NCBI RefSeq assembly: GCF_018350175.1
Contig: NC_058368.1
Location: forward strand, 93,870,001 to 93,934,000
Origin: Felis catus
Lineage: Eukaryota
Direction: 5' to 3'
Length of the DNA: 64,000 nucleotides
Shown here: piece by piece, positions 1-12,899 of the stretch
How positions within the stretch are numbered: the first letter of the stretch is position 1
How the letters are laid out: each line of letters starts with the position of its first letter
Translations under genes and position numbers: made by a program
The notes under the pieces: model-generated
What the model was told of the DNA's origin: nothing
What the model saw: only the letters and a program-made list of their open reading frames with translations
The model's database searches: none

Positions 1-77
1 CTAGGATCACTTAGGGAATATTATCTCTTATGGTAAAGAAGTATTTACCTAAAGTTCATCGATCTTTCAGGTTACTC

Positions 78-210
78 AGGGCCATGGCACATGCTGTGGA
101 TACTATGTGCTGCCCAGCTCTAAGAGGGGCCCTTACAGGGGCTGTAATATAAATGCACCCCCCTCTAGAGTTGGGCAGTGCTCACCTATACAACTGGATG
201 GGGCAGCCAA
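78..210. mobile_element. Possible MER91-like hAT fossil
   Basis: Short, weakly self-complementary element resembling MER91 (recall). Confidence 0.4.
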
Positions 211-349
211 AGTTTACTACAGTTTTCTTACTTTTAATATTTAAGGATAAAGTTAATGATTTTCCACTACAGATATAGTGAAAGCATATATTTTCCACTA
301 TATATGGCTTATATAAAATGACCCCACTGAACACAAGTACTCTTCTTTA

Positions 350-560
350 GAGCAGCAGTACAACGTGGCAGTTAGGCATGCCAGTTCGAGATTCATACCG
401 TGTGGGTTAGAGCCCTGATTAGCTGTGCGACTTGGGGAAAATGACTTAGCCTCTCTGTGTCCCAGCTTCTTCATCCATGAAATGCAATAATTACAGCCCA
501 GTTGGTAGTTGAGAAGATTTCATGAAATAATCCATGTGCATTGTTTAAGCTGTGAAACTA
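350..560 (+). mobile_element. MIR SINE
   Basis: MIR core: agctgtgcgacttggggaaaatgacttagcctctctgtgtcccagcttcttcatc. Confidence 0.8.
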
Positions 561-905
561 AGTCAATCTGATTGTAAGGAGAGAAATAAAATCAAAGACT
601 CTGGTCTCTAGCACCGTCCTGTGGTCCTAGAAGGGGTGCCTCATGTGATTCTAGTTCAAAAGAGAATTCTGCCCTCCTCAGGGACTTGCCTATTTTCCAA
701 TTTCTCAGTTGAGGGTTAACAATACGAATATTTTGGTATGAACTTTTCAAATGTCCCCACCAAACACAACCAATAGAGCAAATCTTGTGCACATTTTCCT
801 TTTCTAAAAAAAGAGGAAAAAGAAAAAGAAACCTCCAATTTTAAAGATTATGAGGAGAATCTAGTACAGTACCCTCATTCAGGGTGCTTTTTAAGTAAAT
901 TCTAA

Positions 906-940
906 TTTTTAAAAAAAGTTTATTTACTTATTTATTTTGT

Positions 941-1005
<65 letters not shown>

Positions 1006-1137
1006 GAGACAAACCCAAGCAGGCTCCACATTATCAGCGTGGAGCCCCATGTGGAGCTCATGAACTAACTGTGAGATCATGACCTGAGCTGAAGTCAAGA
1101 GTCAGACGCTCAACCGACGGAGCAACCCGGGCGCCCC
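906..1137 (-). mobile_element. CAN-SINE with long (GA)n
   Basis: Reverse SINEC head and body; TSD taaattctaa. Confidence 0.95.
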
Positions 1138-1811
1138 ATAAATTCTAAAGTTTAACATTTGTGAAGTGCTCCGAAGAGTTTCAGTGCTGGTGGCCTGCTG
1201 CAGTTGATTTGCAAACCTGAAAAACAGCTGGGCATTTGGGAACAGCGACTTGCTCCCTAGGGGCTGTGCAGCGAGGGCTCTGTTTTGGCTTCGTCACTAT
1301 ACACAGTTTATTTGTCACCAAGAAAAAAGTGATGGGTGTGCACATAGCGGATTATAGAAACAGCCTTACCCAATATCGTAAAGCACTCCCTGTATACATT
1401 ATTTATTGTTGACGGCAGGGAACACAAATTTATTCTGTTTTGAGGAGAACGGAGGTTCATTAAAGGAAGGGCTATGACAGAGCATCAACAAAACCCGGTA
1501 CCTTCCTGCCTAAAATTTAAACGAGCCTCACAAAATTAAACGCTTGGTGAGTTTTCCAGTCCCTAATTGGTGATGGGCCCTACCAGAAACCCACTCATGC
1601 ATTTATGCAGAATTTAACAAAAATGGCAAATGGCAATTGCTGCTAGATAAACCACTCAGACTCACGACGGCTTCTGGGTGTTTACCTCCAGCGTCTTACT
1701 CTGGCCTGCCACCGGCCTGCCTGTCTGCTTCCTGGTCATGGGCCAAGGGGGCCCAGCGCATACATATTCTTGAGGCATGTCTTAATATATATATTCCAGA
1801 AAAATAAAAAA

Positions 1812-1970
1812 CAATAACAAACTGTGGGTTGATGGGGGGTGGGAGGGAAGGGGGGTGGGTGATGGGCACTGAGGAGGGCACCTGTTGGGATGAGCACTGG
1901 GTGTTGTATGGAAACCAATTTGACAATTTCATTTAAAAAAACAACAACAAAAACAATAACAAAAACACCA
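1812..1970 (+). mobile_element. L1 (felid-type) 3' end
   Basis: gaggagggcacctgttgggatgagcactgggtgttgtatggaaaccaatttgacaat plus A-rich tail. Confidence 0.9.
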
Positions 1971-2027
1971 ACCCTAATTCTGCATGGCTGAGTTTTCTTC
2001 CTTCTGTGATTTCCTGATGGACTCACT

Positions 2028-2226
2028 TTTTTTTTAATGTTTATTTTTGAGAAAGAGAGAAAGCACGTGCGAGCAGGGGAGGGGCAGAGAGAGGAGGACA
2101 GAGGATCTGAAGTGGGCTCTGCGTGGACAGCACGGAGACTGATGCAGGGCTCGAACTCACGAACTGAGAGATCATGACCTGAGCCAAAGTTGGATGCTCA
2201 ACCGATGGAGCCACCCAGGCACCTCT
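2028..2226 (-). mobile_element. CAN-SINE
   Basis: Reverse SINEC; flanking gactcactt repeat. Confidence 0.93.
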
Positions 2227-2425
2227 GAGAGACTCACTTCCTATGTCTACACTTGCACTCTTCCTCATCCATCTGCTCGATTCCTGGTTACCGCTGGGAA
2301 CTGCACCTCCTATCACAACGCCCCCTCACCCTCTTTTGGAAGACTTAATATTTAAAACGGATTTTTTTGTTTTTTTTTTTTTTGAAAACAGCTATAATAG
2401 TGACTCGGTTTAAAATTCAAGTCTA

Positions 2426-2663
2426 GGGGCGCCTGGGTGGCGCAGTCGGTTAAGCGTCCGACTTCAGCCAGGTCACGATCTCGCGGTCGGTGAGTTCGAG
2501 CCCCGCGTCGGGCTCTGGGCTGATGGCTCAGAGCCTGGAGCCTGTTTCCGATTCTGTGTCTCCCTCTCTCTCTGCCCCTCCCCCGTTCATGCTCTGTCTC
2601 TCTCTGTCCCAAAAATAAATAAACGTTGAAAAAAAAATTAAAAAAAATAAAATAAAATAAAAT
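2426..2663 (+). mobile_element. Young SINEC_Fc
   Basis: CpG-intact cat SINE; TSD aaattcaagtcta (2413-2425 and 2664-2676). Confidence 0.97.
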
Positions 2664-2676
2664 AAATTCAAGTCTA

Positions 2677-2944
2677 GGGGTGCCTGGGTGGCTCAGATGG
2701 TTGAGCGTCTGACTGTTTTGACTTCAGCTCAGGTCATAATCTAATGGTTCATGGGTTCGAGCGTCATGTTGGGTTCTGTGTTGGCAAAGTGGAGCCTGCT
2801 TGGGATTCTCTCTCTCTCTCTCTCTCTCTGCACCTCCCATGCTTGCTCACTCTCTCTCTCTCAAAATAAATAAATAATCATTAAAAAAATTCTTTCTAAA
2901 TACATACATACATACATACATACATACATACATACATACATACA
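2677..2944 (+). mobile_element. Older CAN-SINE with (TACA)n tail
   Basis: SINEC head, (CT)n, A tail, (TACA)n at 2901-2944. Confidence 0.93.
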
Positions 2945-3345
2945 ATTCCAAAGTCTATACAGACAAAAGGATAGTGTAAACCTTCCCTTCTCCCACCCTG
3001 GCTCCCAAAACTCAGCTCCCCTCCTCAGAGATGACCAGCATTAGCACTTCCTGGCACAAAGTTTTCCCAGAGGTATTTAGAGGCTCTCCCTGACATTTTC
3101 AACGAACAGAGGTACACTCTACACAAAATTCTCCTTGTTTTTCACTTGTCCGTGTGTACGCACTTGAAGGAATGCTCTATCTGGGAAGGTTGCCTCTCTT
3201 TTTGACAGCCTCAGGAGGTGCCCATGCAGGCAAGGAGGGAAAAGAGCCCACCAGTCAACTCTTTCAGGTGTGGGGAGACAGATCTCACAGCCGGATCACC
3301 CTTAGATCCTCTTCCAAATTGAAGGCAACAAGGTAATCTCTTAAT

Positions 3346-3546
3346 ATTTATTTATTTTTGAGAGAGAGAGAGACAGAGCATGAGCAGGGGAGGGGCAGAA
3401 AGAGAGGGAGACATAGAATCCGAAGCAGGCTCCAGGCTCTGAGCTGTCCGCGCAGAGCCCAACATGGGGCTTGAACCCACAAACCATGATATCATGACCT
3501 GAGCTGAAGTTGGATGCTTAACTGACTGAGCCACCCAAGGGCCCCA
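3346..3546 (-). mobile_element. CAN-SINE
   Basis: TSD aac(a/g)aggtaatctcttaat. Confidence 0.95.
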
Positions 3547-3956
3547 ACGAGGTAATCTCTTAATGCCAAGCCTAGCAGTGGATACCTGGTAGGTCTCAAG
3601 AGATATCTGCTGATCGATCAATAATCAAAAAAAATGTCGAACCTACAGAATTAAGAATAAACATACTGCAGACCTGGTTTAGAGCCCACGAAAAAGTCGT
3701 TTGTGGTGAAACAAGTTTATTGGTATCTTTTTCTTGAGCCAAAAGTACCCACACACACTAGCCTTGGGGCAAAGGCCCAGAGCCTTGAAGGGCTCTGGGG
3801 GGCTTTAAGGTGGAGCTGTAGGGAGCAGGTGCAACCTGACAGTGGAGTGCAAACCAGAGCCCTGGGCAGGGGGCCAGAGCCAGTCTCTCGAGAAGCACCA
3901 AGCACCAGGACTGAAAAGTAAGAGCGAGGCCAGTGATCGGCAGAAGGGAAGCTGCC

Positions 3957-4385
3957 AGTGCGCCCGGGTGGCTCAGTCGGTTGAGCGTCCGACTTCAGCT
4001 CCAGTCATGATCTCATGGTTCATGAGTTCAAGACCCACATCAGGCTCTGTGCTGAACAGCTCAGAGCCTGGAGCCTGCTTTGGATTCTGTGTCTCCCTCT
4101 CTCTCTTCCCGTGTCCCTCTTGTGCTCTCTCTCTCTCAAAAATAAACGAACATTAAAAAAAAATTAAGGGGTGCCTGGGTGGTTCAGTCAGTTAAGTGTT
4201 CAGCTTGGGCTCAGGTCATGAGCTCGCGGTCCGTGGGTTCAAGCCCTGTGTCAGGCTCTGTGCTGACAGCTCAGAGCCTGGAGCCTGCTTGGAATTCTGT
4301 GTTTCCCCTCTCTCTGCACCTCCTCCACTTACACTGTTTCTCTCTCTCTCTCTCAAAAATAGATAAGCATTGAAAAAAATTAAAA
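3957..4385 (+). mobile_element. Two tandem CAN-SINEs (about 3957-4165 and 4168-4385)
   Basis: Two head/body/(CT)n/A-tail units. Confidence 0.93.
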
Positions 4386-4389
4386 TACA

Positions 4390-4720
4390 GTCAGAGAAAG
4401 ACAAATATCATATGACTTCACTCATATGAGGACTTTAAGATACAGATGAACATAAGAGAAGGGAAGCAAAAATAATATAAGAGCAGGGAGGGGGACAAAA
4501 CATAAGAGACTCTTAAATATGGAGAACAAACAGAGGGTTGCTGGAGGGGTTGTGGGAGGGGGGGATGTGCTAAATGGGTCAGGGGCATTAAGGAATCTAC
4601 TCCTGAAATCATTGTTGCACTGTATGCTAACCAACTTGGATGTAAATTAAAAACATAAAATAAAAATTTTATTAATTTTGAAATAAAAAAAATAATTAAA
4701 AAAAAAAAAAAAAAAAGAAG
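4390..4720 (+). mobile_element. L1 (carnivore) 3' fragment with poly(A)
   Basis: agtcagagaaagacaaatatcatatgacttcactcatatg..gagaacaaacagagggttgctgg..A tail. Confidence 0.92.
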
Positions 4721-6694
4721 CAAAGCTGCCAAAGGACCCAGAACCAGGGGAGGAGCAGTGAATGGGATGAGAGGGAGGGCTGAGGAGACAGGATGTGCAT
4801 GCACCAAGGAAGGGTGTTGAGCAGGTTGTTCCCATTGGCTGTCCAGGTGGGGAAGAGTTTGGCCAGCTTACCTGTGTGCTGGGCTAAGTGACAGGTACTG
4901 TGTTCTTTTCACACCTTTCACGTGCCCATCCTGACAAGCCACACCTTTTAAAGGCATAGTTGCACACTCTGTGTGTGGCTCAGCGCTCTCCCAGCACTCT
5001 CCCCCTGAAACTGGCCCATGTAACAGTCATCCCAGAAGATCAGCCTCATTGTCTTAGAGTTAGGCTGTATGTGATATAGGACCAAGAAGCCAATGAGGTC
5101 ATTTCCCTTCTTTTGAAGAGGAATAAAATAACTAGAACAGAACAACAGCAAAATACTTCGATATGAGGACCTTAGAAGCTATAGGTCATGTCTGTCTGTA
5201 GCCATGAACTAACTAGTGGAATAGTGACTGACGTTTTCCTCAATGACTTCCAAAGAAGTCCTTTGGGCTCCTTTCATTGTCGGGCTATGAGAACCAGAAT
5301 AAAACACCAAGCAGCTCATTATTAAGCCCGGGATTTCTGGCACCAGGCCTGGAGATAGCAGAGGGTCTCTAATTCCCCAGAAAAGCATTTCCTACCCACA
5401 TTTCCCCTGCAGAGGAGTTCTGCCTACAGCTCTGTTCTAGCATGTCTTGGGACTTGGCACAAATCTGAGGGCTACCGCAATTGCCCTGACTCTGACTCTG
5501 AATCCAGACAAGGAGAGGACTCAAATAACCAGAAGTAGCTTGTTAAGCAGGTGCTTTCATGAGAAAGCAGTGGAAGTCAGAATCAACTACCAGGGACATA
5601 GTCACAAGACAGCGTCAGGGAATGTGTTGGGCCTGCAGCTTACATTTTTCTAAACCTATGGAACTGCACAGTGACAATGTCAGCAACGAGGTGCTCAAAG
5701 ATCCTAAAGCTCTTCTAAATTGCCCAAGAAAGGATATGCTCATTTAAACAGCTTCAGTGTTCATGCATTTCACTGAAGTTTGGTTCTTTGAAAGTTGATA
5801 ACCTGAGTGTGGGCACAATAAACAGCTTGGTAAGATGCCGTGATTCACCAGAACACAGCCGATGTCTATCCTGCCAAGGAAAGAAGTCTTCCAAATCAAG
5901 AAGTGCCTTAATAAATCATCTGCTGGAGACAGAGACCTTCTCTTCCACTGTAGGATATTAAGCTTATGCTCAACCACACTTGGAAAATAAATATCTTTAT
6001 GTTAATAGTTTACAAATTCAGCAGTGTCCCTATCTGAAAAAAAAAAAAAATCTGTGGTGACGTGAGGCCAAGCAAGAATAAACCAATCTCTTGTGAAATC
6101 TTGTTCCAGAGCGGACAAAGGTTAAAGCTTATTATAGGACAGCTGGGGTTTCACAGACTCAAAAGTCCTTATATTTAGAAATCTTACTCAATTTGCCCTG
6201 TGCCTTGTGTGCCCTGTCAGTCAGTCACTGGTGGCTCCAACAGTGAGAACTGTGTGGCTTTGTGTACTTCCCACATGTCCACAAACCATGGCCCCATGGC
6301 TCGGTCTGCTGCTCACTACCCCTTAGCCCCTAATTCTGCACCAAAGTGACTCACTCCCGTGGTGGCCACCAACCCATGGGCACACCCCTCCCTGTTTTCC
6401 CTCAGGTGCCTGTTCTCGGGCACCACTGAATCAGCCATAGCTATGTATTTATATGTAATTCTCCTAGAATTTTTTCACGTTATGCTATCTTTCTATTTTG
6501 AAGATGAGTCTATATTTTAGATATTTTCCAAAAATACATTTTCCCCTGCATTCATTCATATCAACCCATTACCTACAACTTTCAATCTCCTGCAGCAGAA
6601 AAATTAAGAATTGGCAGACTAAGTTGACCATAAAGAGGAGTGAGTGTAGGAATGTGACAGAGGGCAAAGACTGAATGCCTCACTGTTTTTATTG

Positions 6695-7251
6695 TCATCA
6701 CCATCGTCACCATCAACATTACCATCATCATCATCACCATCATTGTCACTATCATCACCATCCACCACCACCATCACCATCACCACCATCACCACCATCA
6801 CCACCATCATCACTATCATCACCATCACCACCATCATCATATCATTACCATCATCACCATCACCAACATCACCATCATCACTATCATCACCATCATCATA
6901 CCATCACCATCATCACCATCACCACCATCATCACCATCATCACTATCATCACCACCATCATCATATCATTACCATCATCACCATCACCAACATCACCACC
7001 ATCACCACCATCACCATCATCATCACTATCATCACCATCACCACCATCATCATATCATTACCATCATCACCATCACCAACATCACCACCGTCACAACATC
7101 ACCACCATCACCAACATCACCACCATCATCATATCATCACCATCACCACCATCATCACCATCATCATATCATCACCATCGTCACTATCATCATCGCCATC
7201 ACCATCGTCACCATCACCATGATCACCATCCTTATCACCATCGTCATCATC
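6695..7251. repeat. Degenerate (CAT/CAC)n trinucleotide repeat with internal block duplications
   Basis: Directly visible; produces the poly-His, Thr/Ile and Ser/Pro ORFs. Confidence 0.97.
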
Positions 7252-7259
7252 CTAAAGAA

Positions 7260-7480
7260 GAGAAGCTCATATTTGTGGTGCCAGGCTCTATGCCAGGCTC
7301 TTCACGGGCATCACCTCACCAAACCCTCCTTATAAGAAGTTCCTGGAACAAGCAGCTATTGTAATGTCCATTGTACAGATGAGGCGTTAAGAGAATGGCT
7401 TCTCTAAGAACACACATCTAGAAGCATCAGAGTCATAACAGTCTGACTCTGGAACCTGGGGCATTTACCAATAGGCGATA
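7260..7480 (-). mobile_element. MIR SINE
   Basis: gtgccaggctct..tccattgtacagatgagg..tctgactctggaacc (reverse MIR). Confidence 0.75.
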
Positions 7481-8892
7481 CTGCCAACGCTTGTGGCTGA
7501 TCAAACTCTTGCAAAGACCACCTGAGGCCTTTTAAAGGGCAATTCCATATTGAGCTGGAAAATGCAAATAAGGCTTTCCTAACCTGCCGTACATGCAGCA
7601 GGTGATTGAATAGTTAGTTGTATGTAAATCAAATTTTTGGAAATGAAATCCTATTCTAAATCCACCAGGGAAGCTTGCTTCATTGCCTCAGCAAGAAAAG
7701 AAAAATAGGATTGTCCCACAATTTGTTCCAGTAGATCTCTTTGGTAAAGTTAGATTTTTTTATATCTATGACTACCTTAGAGTTGGGTTCGAGGGCTGGG
7801 CCTTGACCCTCCCCTTAGCCCAAAGTCACTCCTTGCTGACAAAGTGGGTTCCTTGTGATCCAGACAGAAGAGCGAGAAAGTCCACATCCCCAACTGCCAC
7901 GCCAGGAATTGCTGGCTAAAGGGTAGGGGGGCAGGAATCAGTGCTCCTTTGGGGAGGGGGAGGAGGAGGGGGAGGAGGTAGCATGAAATATGCACGAAGC
8001 CGACTTGCACGGATGGCTAAGTGAATTCCTCAGTTAGCCCACTACTTTCTGCTCAGCTCCAGCAGCAAAATGAAGCTAATGGTGCTTTGAGTCAGAGACC
8101 CTTCAGGAAGTGATTTGAAATCCTCTGAGGAAAACAACAGAGTCAATAAATATTGTCGCATTATGTGTCCAGGCAGCTCCTTCTGCAGATGACATCAGCG
8201 GTACGTAGGCAGCTAGAATCTCCCCGAAATTCTGTGAACGTTCCGTTGGATCCAGAAGGAAGGGCCTTCAGCCCCAGTACCATAGTCAGCAGACAGCCTG
8301 TGTGTGTTGGCACCGTCACGGATCGTCTCAGCTACAGAAAGTCACTTTGTCCAAGGTCATGTCCTTCCCAAAAGACCCCCACTGATGGGTCATTCATAAA
8401 GGCCCAGCCATATAGGCCCCATCCGGGGCAATTCTGACAGGCTCTTGGCAAGAGACAGCTCTCCACGAGGTTGTCTGAGGCTGGGGATGTGCATGTCCAC
8501 TCAACTTCTCTCTGTTCCTCCCTCTCTCCTCCACAGGTGTCGGTCCCCAGGCATATGCCTTGATACACAGCCCTTTCCTGACATTCCATCTCAGTCTACC
8601 TGCCAGAGCCCTCAGCCTGCAGCAAGCATCTACACAAACATTTGCAAAACGAAAGTAACTGTAGAATCAAGGGGAAGGGCCTTACATGTACTGTGTATAT
8701 AATCTAGGAAGCCAGACTCAAGTTGGCTGAGAATTTGCCCCTGTGTTTCCGGTTTTCATGGTGCTGATAATTAGCAAGAATAACTGCTCACAACTATTTC
8801 AAGTAAGGTACAAGTCTATGCTGTTTATTTCTCCTCCATAGAAAATTCACCTGCGACAAAATTATTTGGATACACCTCCCCTTTATTTGGCA

Positions 8893-9357
8893 GGTGTTAA
8901 CAGATTGCAAAAAAATGGCTCCAATTCTCCTTCCACCTGTGTCTATGCCTTTAGCAGTGTAACCCTTCGTAATCCTTCCCATCTAGACGTAGGCTAGCCC
9001 TTGAATCAAGGATGGCTTTGTGCCTTGCCTTGGCTAACAAAATGTGGGGGAAGCGAGGATGTGCCAGTTTCAAGGTAAGCCTCAAACACTTTGCTCCCTC
9101 TTTCGGATCCTTACCCAGCCAACTATGTGCTAAAGCCTGGGTGAGCCCCCCAGGAAGGTGAGGAGCCCGTGTAAGGCGGAGACAAGCTGAAAAAGCAGAG
9201 GCCACCCTACAGTTCCCAGCCAACGCATGACCAAGCCCATTTAAGGCCAGAACTGCCCAGAAAAGTTCAGCCACAAAATTGTCAGCTACAGAAATAGCTT
9301 TTGTTTTAACCCACAAGTTTTAAGGTAGTCGGTCATGCAGCAAACACTGATCAAACA
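8893..9357 (+). mobile_element. MLT1-family (ERVL-MaLR) solo LTR
   Basis: cagattgcaaaaaatggctccaattctcc..gttttaacccacaagttttaaggtagt..tgcagcaa..aaca. Confidence 0.8.
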
Positions 9358-9495
9358 CGGTCAGGACTGACTCTGAAGAATGCATTTTTGGGCAGACTGG
9401 TCTATTTCCCAAAACCTAATAAGATATGATATTAAGTAGGTGGGAAGAAATACAGAAAGTGCTCTATGCAGGTAGAGTTAAAATTTCAATTTTAA

Positions 9496-9708
9496 TTTTT
9501 TTTTTTTCAACGTTTATTTATTTTTGGGACAGAGAGACAGAGCATGAATGGGGGAGGGGCAGAGAGAGAGGGAGACACAGAATTGGAAACTGGCTCCAGG
9601 CTCTGAGCCATCAGCCCAGAGCCCAACGCGGGGCTCGAACTCACGGACCGCGAGATCGTGACCTAGGTGAAGTCGGACGCTTAACCGACTGCGCCACCCA
9701 GGCGCCCC
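9496..9708 (-). mobile_element. Young SINEC_Fc
   Basis: Perfect 16-bp TSD aaaatttcaattttaa (9480-9495 and 9709-9724). Confidence 0.97.
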
Positions 9709-10032
9709 AAAATTTCAATTTTAAAACACAGCTTCAAGACAAGAATGCTTAGTCTAAGAAATGAACTTCCAGAGAAATATACAGAAAGAGATTTGTGGTC
9801 AAGTTGGAAGTTTGAGGACCATGACCTTGGAAGTCCCCACACGGCCTGCTGTCCCCTTCTCTGTCCCACGGACACAGAAGTGGAGAACTATAGCAGACTG
9901 CCTTAGAGAACCTTTAGGAACCCAGCACTCTCCCCTCGTCTACCATGGAGACCAGCAAATGAAAAAAAGATGATCTCCAGTTCTCTAGTAACAGAATAAA
10001 CAGTCTTCAGCTTTTTAAAATAAAATTATTTC

Positions 10033-10249
10033 AGGGGTGCCTGGGTGGCTCAGTCGGTTAAGCGTCTGACTTCAGCTCAGGTCATGATCTCACAGTCCAT
10101 GAGTTCGAGCCCCGTGTCAGGCTCTGTGCTGACAGCTCAGAGCCTGGAGCCAGTTTCAGATTCTGTGTCTCCCTCTCTCTCTGCCCCTCCCCTGCTCATG
10201 CTCTGTCTCTCTGTGTCTCAAAAGTAAATAAAAACATTTAAAACATTTT
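10033..10249 (+). mobile_element. CAN-SINE
   Basis: TSD aaaattatttca. Confidence 0.95.
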
Positions 10250-11436
10250 AAAATTATTTCAGGGCGCGACACTATTACTTGTTCCCGGATCTGGTTCAAA
10301 AAGGTGTATGGCCCTGCAGCCATTTCCTAGGAAAAAAGTCTCCCTGGTCCCTGGCCCAGGTTCTGACATACACCTGGTTCCTTTTCTGCTGCTGTGCGCA
10401 TCCAGATAAATGTGCACAGAGCCACTGTTTCCACCCGCTGCTTTGACTCGGAGCGAGGTGTGTATTCCCCCGATAACCTGGTGCCTGTGGTGGTTTGCTG
10501 AGTCATAGTTAGACTTCACAAACAGACGCCTTCACCTCAGTCTCCAACGCAAAATTTCCTACAAATTCCACATCGGTTCACACAGGATTTTTAACCTCTT
10601 GAACACCCTTTGTCTTCCCGAAACTTTTCATCTCTCCACCCTAGAGGCTTAGGGTGCACCCGCATGAACTGGGCTACTTCCTGCTACCCAGCAGCTAGAA
10701 GAAACTGCAAGAGGCAGAGAGGTTACATGCCTCTGAGGTGGTATTCTCCAACCGACTCACCGTGGGGCCTCTCAGAACTTTCCAAGTGGACAGCTGGCCC
10801 CGGGCAGGAGACAGAATTAGTGTGCATGCGTTAGCGAGGTATTCAGAAGGTCCTGGTAGCAGGGTTCTAAATTAGAGCCGTGACCTCTCAGTAACCTCCT
10901 TTATATTTACATGTGTCCATCTGCAAGGTCACAATGTCATTGGACAAGACACGGTTTTTACTCAGAGAAAGACAAGACGTGAATGACAGTGGCATCCGCT
11001 GGCATCTGCCAGCGTCTAGATTGCTAGGAATTTCTAAAACATGCCATTTTTCCTAATTAACTCCCTATAGACATTTTTCATCCAACCCAGCTCAAGCAAG
11101 TACACTGCTTTACAAGTGTAGGGCTGTCAAGGGGGAGGGCGGGGTCTGGTCTACTCCTGTGACACATTCACTTTCCCCTTCCTTATGTAGAGATAACATC
11201 TGATCAAGATGAACACCAAGTGTGGTCTTTAAGGAGAAAGTCTCAAAAGGATAGCCCAAGGCATACGTGTCTGTGTATAAGGAGGAAGGTGAACCCCATG
11301 GGCTCTACCTGTGGGCTAAGGCAACGGCAGGGATGGCAGACATGTGTCCTCTGGACTCATTTATGAGTCCTTCTTGGGACCCCTCTAGCTAACGAATGTG
11401 CAAGCACCCAGTGACCGCAGAAGAACCATGTCTGTT

Positions 11437-11645
11437 GGGGCGCCTGAGTGGCTCAGTTGGTTGAGCATCTGACTTCGCTCAGGCCATGATCTCACAGTTT
11501 GTGGGCTCTAGCCCTGCTAGAGCTCTGAGCTCTGAGCTGACAGCACAGAGCCTGCTTGGATCCTGTGTCTCCCTCTCTCTCTGCCCCTCCCCCACTGGCG
11601 CTCTTCCTCTCTCTCTCAAACCATAGAAACATTAAAAAAAAAAAA
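11437..11645 (+). mobile_element. CAN-SINE
   Basis: TSD aagaaccatgt(c/t)tgtt. Confidence 0.95.
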
Positions 11646-11920
11646 AGAACCATGTTTGTTAATCAGTATACTGTTGACAATGTCAGGACACACATCATCA
11701 TTATGCTATGCATTTCTCGGCTTCGTTGGTTGCATATTTTAAAACAAAATATGGAGTTTCTACAATTATAACTTTTAAACAGGCGTTCAATATGTTGAAG
11801 CTAATAAATATGGACAAGTGCTTAGAAGAACTACATGAATTTTTCAGTGTGTTTAGAGTATGGATATTTTCTTGTGCAGTCTGAACATGTATGTACTTAA
11901 AGGTTTTTAAGAAGTATTTA

Positions 11921-12146
11921 GGGGCGCCTGGGTGGCTCAGTTGTTGAGCGTCCGACTTCGGCTCAGGTCATGATCTCACAGCTTATGAGTTCGAGCCCCG
12001 TGTCAGGCTCTGTGCTGACAGCTCAGAGCCTGGAGTCTGCTTCTGCTTCTGTGTCTCCCTCTCTCTCTCTGCCCCTAACCAACTCACATTCTGTCTCTGT
12101 CTCTCTCAAAAATAAATAAACATTAAAAAAATAAATAAATAAATAA
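11921..12146 (+). mobile_element. CAN-SINE
   Basis: Full head, body and tail. Confidence 0.95.
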
Positions 12147-12277
12147 AGAAGATTTAAAAAAAGATGAGCTATATGTAAGAAATGTTAATGCAAGGTCAGG
12201 GAAAAGGTCAAAGAGAATATGAAATGAATCAAACGATACGAAGAAAAAAATAAGAATTCAGTAAGAAGAAGAATGTT

Positions 12278-12484
12278 GGGGTGCCTGGGTGATTTGGTCA
12301 GTTGAGCTTCTGACTCCTGATATCGACTCAGGTCATGATCTCACAGTTCATGGGATGAAGCCTCACTTTGGGCTCTGCACTGACAGCACAGAGCCTGCTT
12401 GGGATTCTCTCTCTCCCTCTCTCTCTGCCCCTCTTCCATTTGCACTCTCTCTCCCTGTCAAAGTAAATAAACATTTTTTGAAAA
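12278..12484 (+). mobile_element. CAN-SINE
   Basis: TSD aagaagaagaatgtt. Confidence 0.95.
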
Positions 12485-12899
12485 AGAAGAAGAATGTTAA
12501 ACTATCTGAAGCGTAAGTATAGACTAATAAAAATAACCTCTGGATGCGAATGAATAAGTGAGCGATAATGAAAAGAGGTACCCAAGAACTACCTGGTATA
12601 AACAGCACCGGAAAGGGAGGCTATGGGGACAAAAGTTAAATACAATCATATTTTGTTAGCAAATAGGAACATTTTCTCAGGCAGCATATGAAATTCTGGG
12701 AAAAGTTAAGTTCTTGGAGTTTCTCAGTACACGTGTTAGATGCATATGTTTTAGCCAAGCTGCTGGAGTCTCCACCTTCTTCAACCAGCTCGGAGTCACT
12801 GGTGGGTCAGGAATCTCAATACACAGGGGCTTCCTATTTCATTGGCCGTGGCTATTTTTAAGCACTTTCGGATCAAGTTATAATCATAACAGTAACAAA

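Noticed and set aside
2426..2510. tRNA genes at SINE heads
   Set aside because: The tRNA-like A/B boxes run directly into SINE body, (CT)n and poly(A) with TSDs.
5744..5977. Possible degenerate reverse-transcriptase motif (VNHGIL)
   Set aside because: Only a few residues resemble it and the flanking RT motifs are absent.
6619..7364. 229-aa and 176-aa His-rich or Ser/Pro-rich ORFs as genes
   Set aside because: They are translations of a stop-free CAT/CAC repeat, with no splice or homology support.
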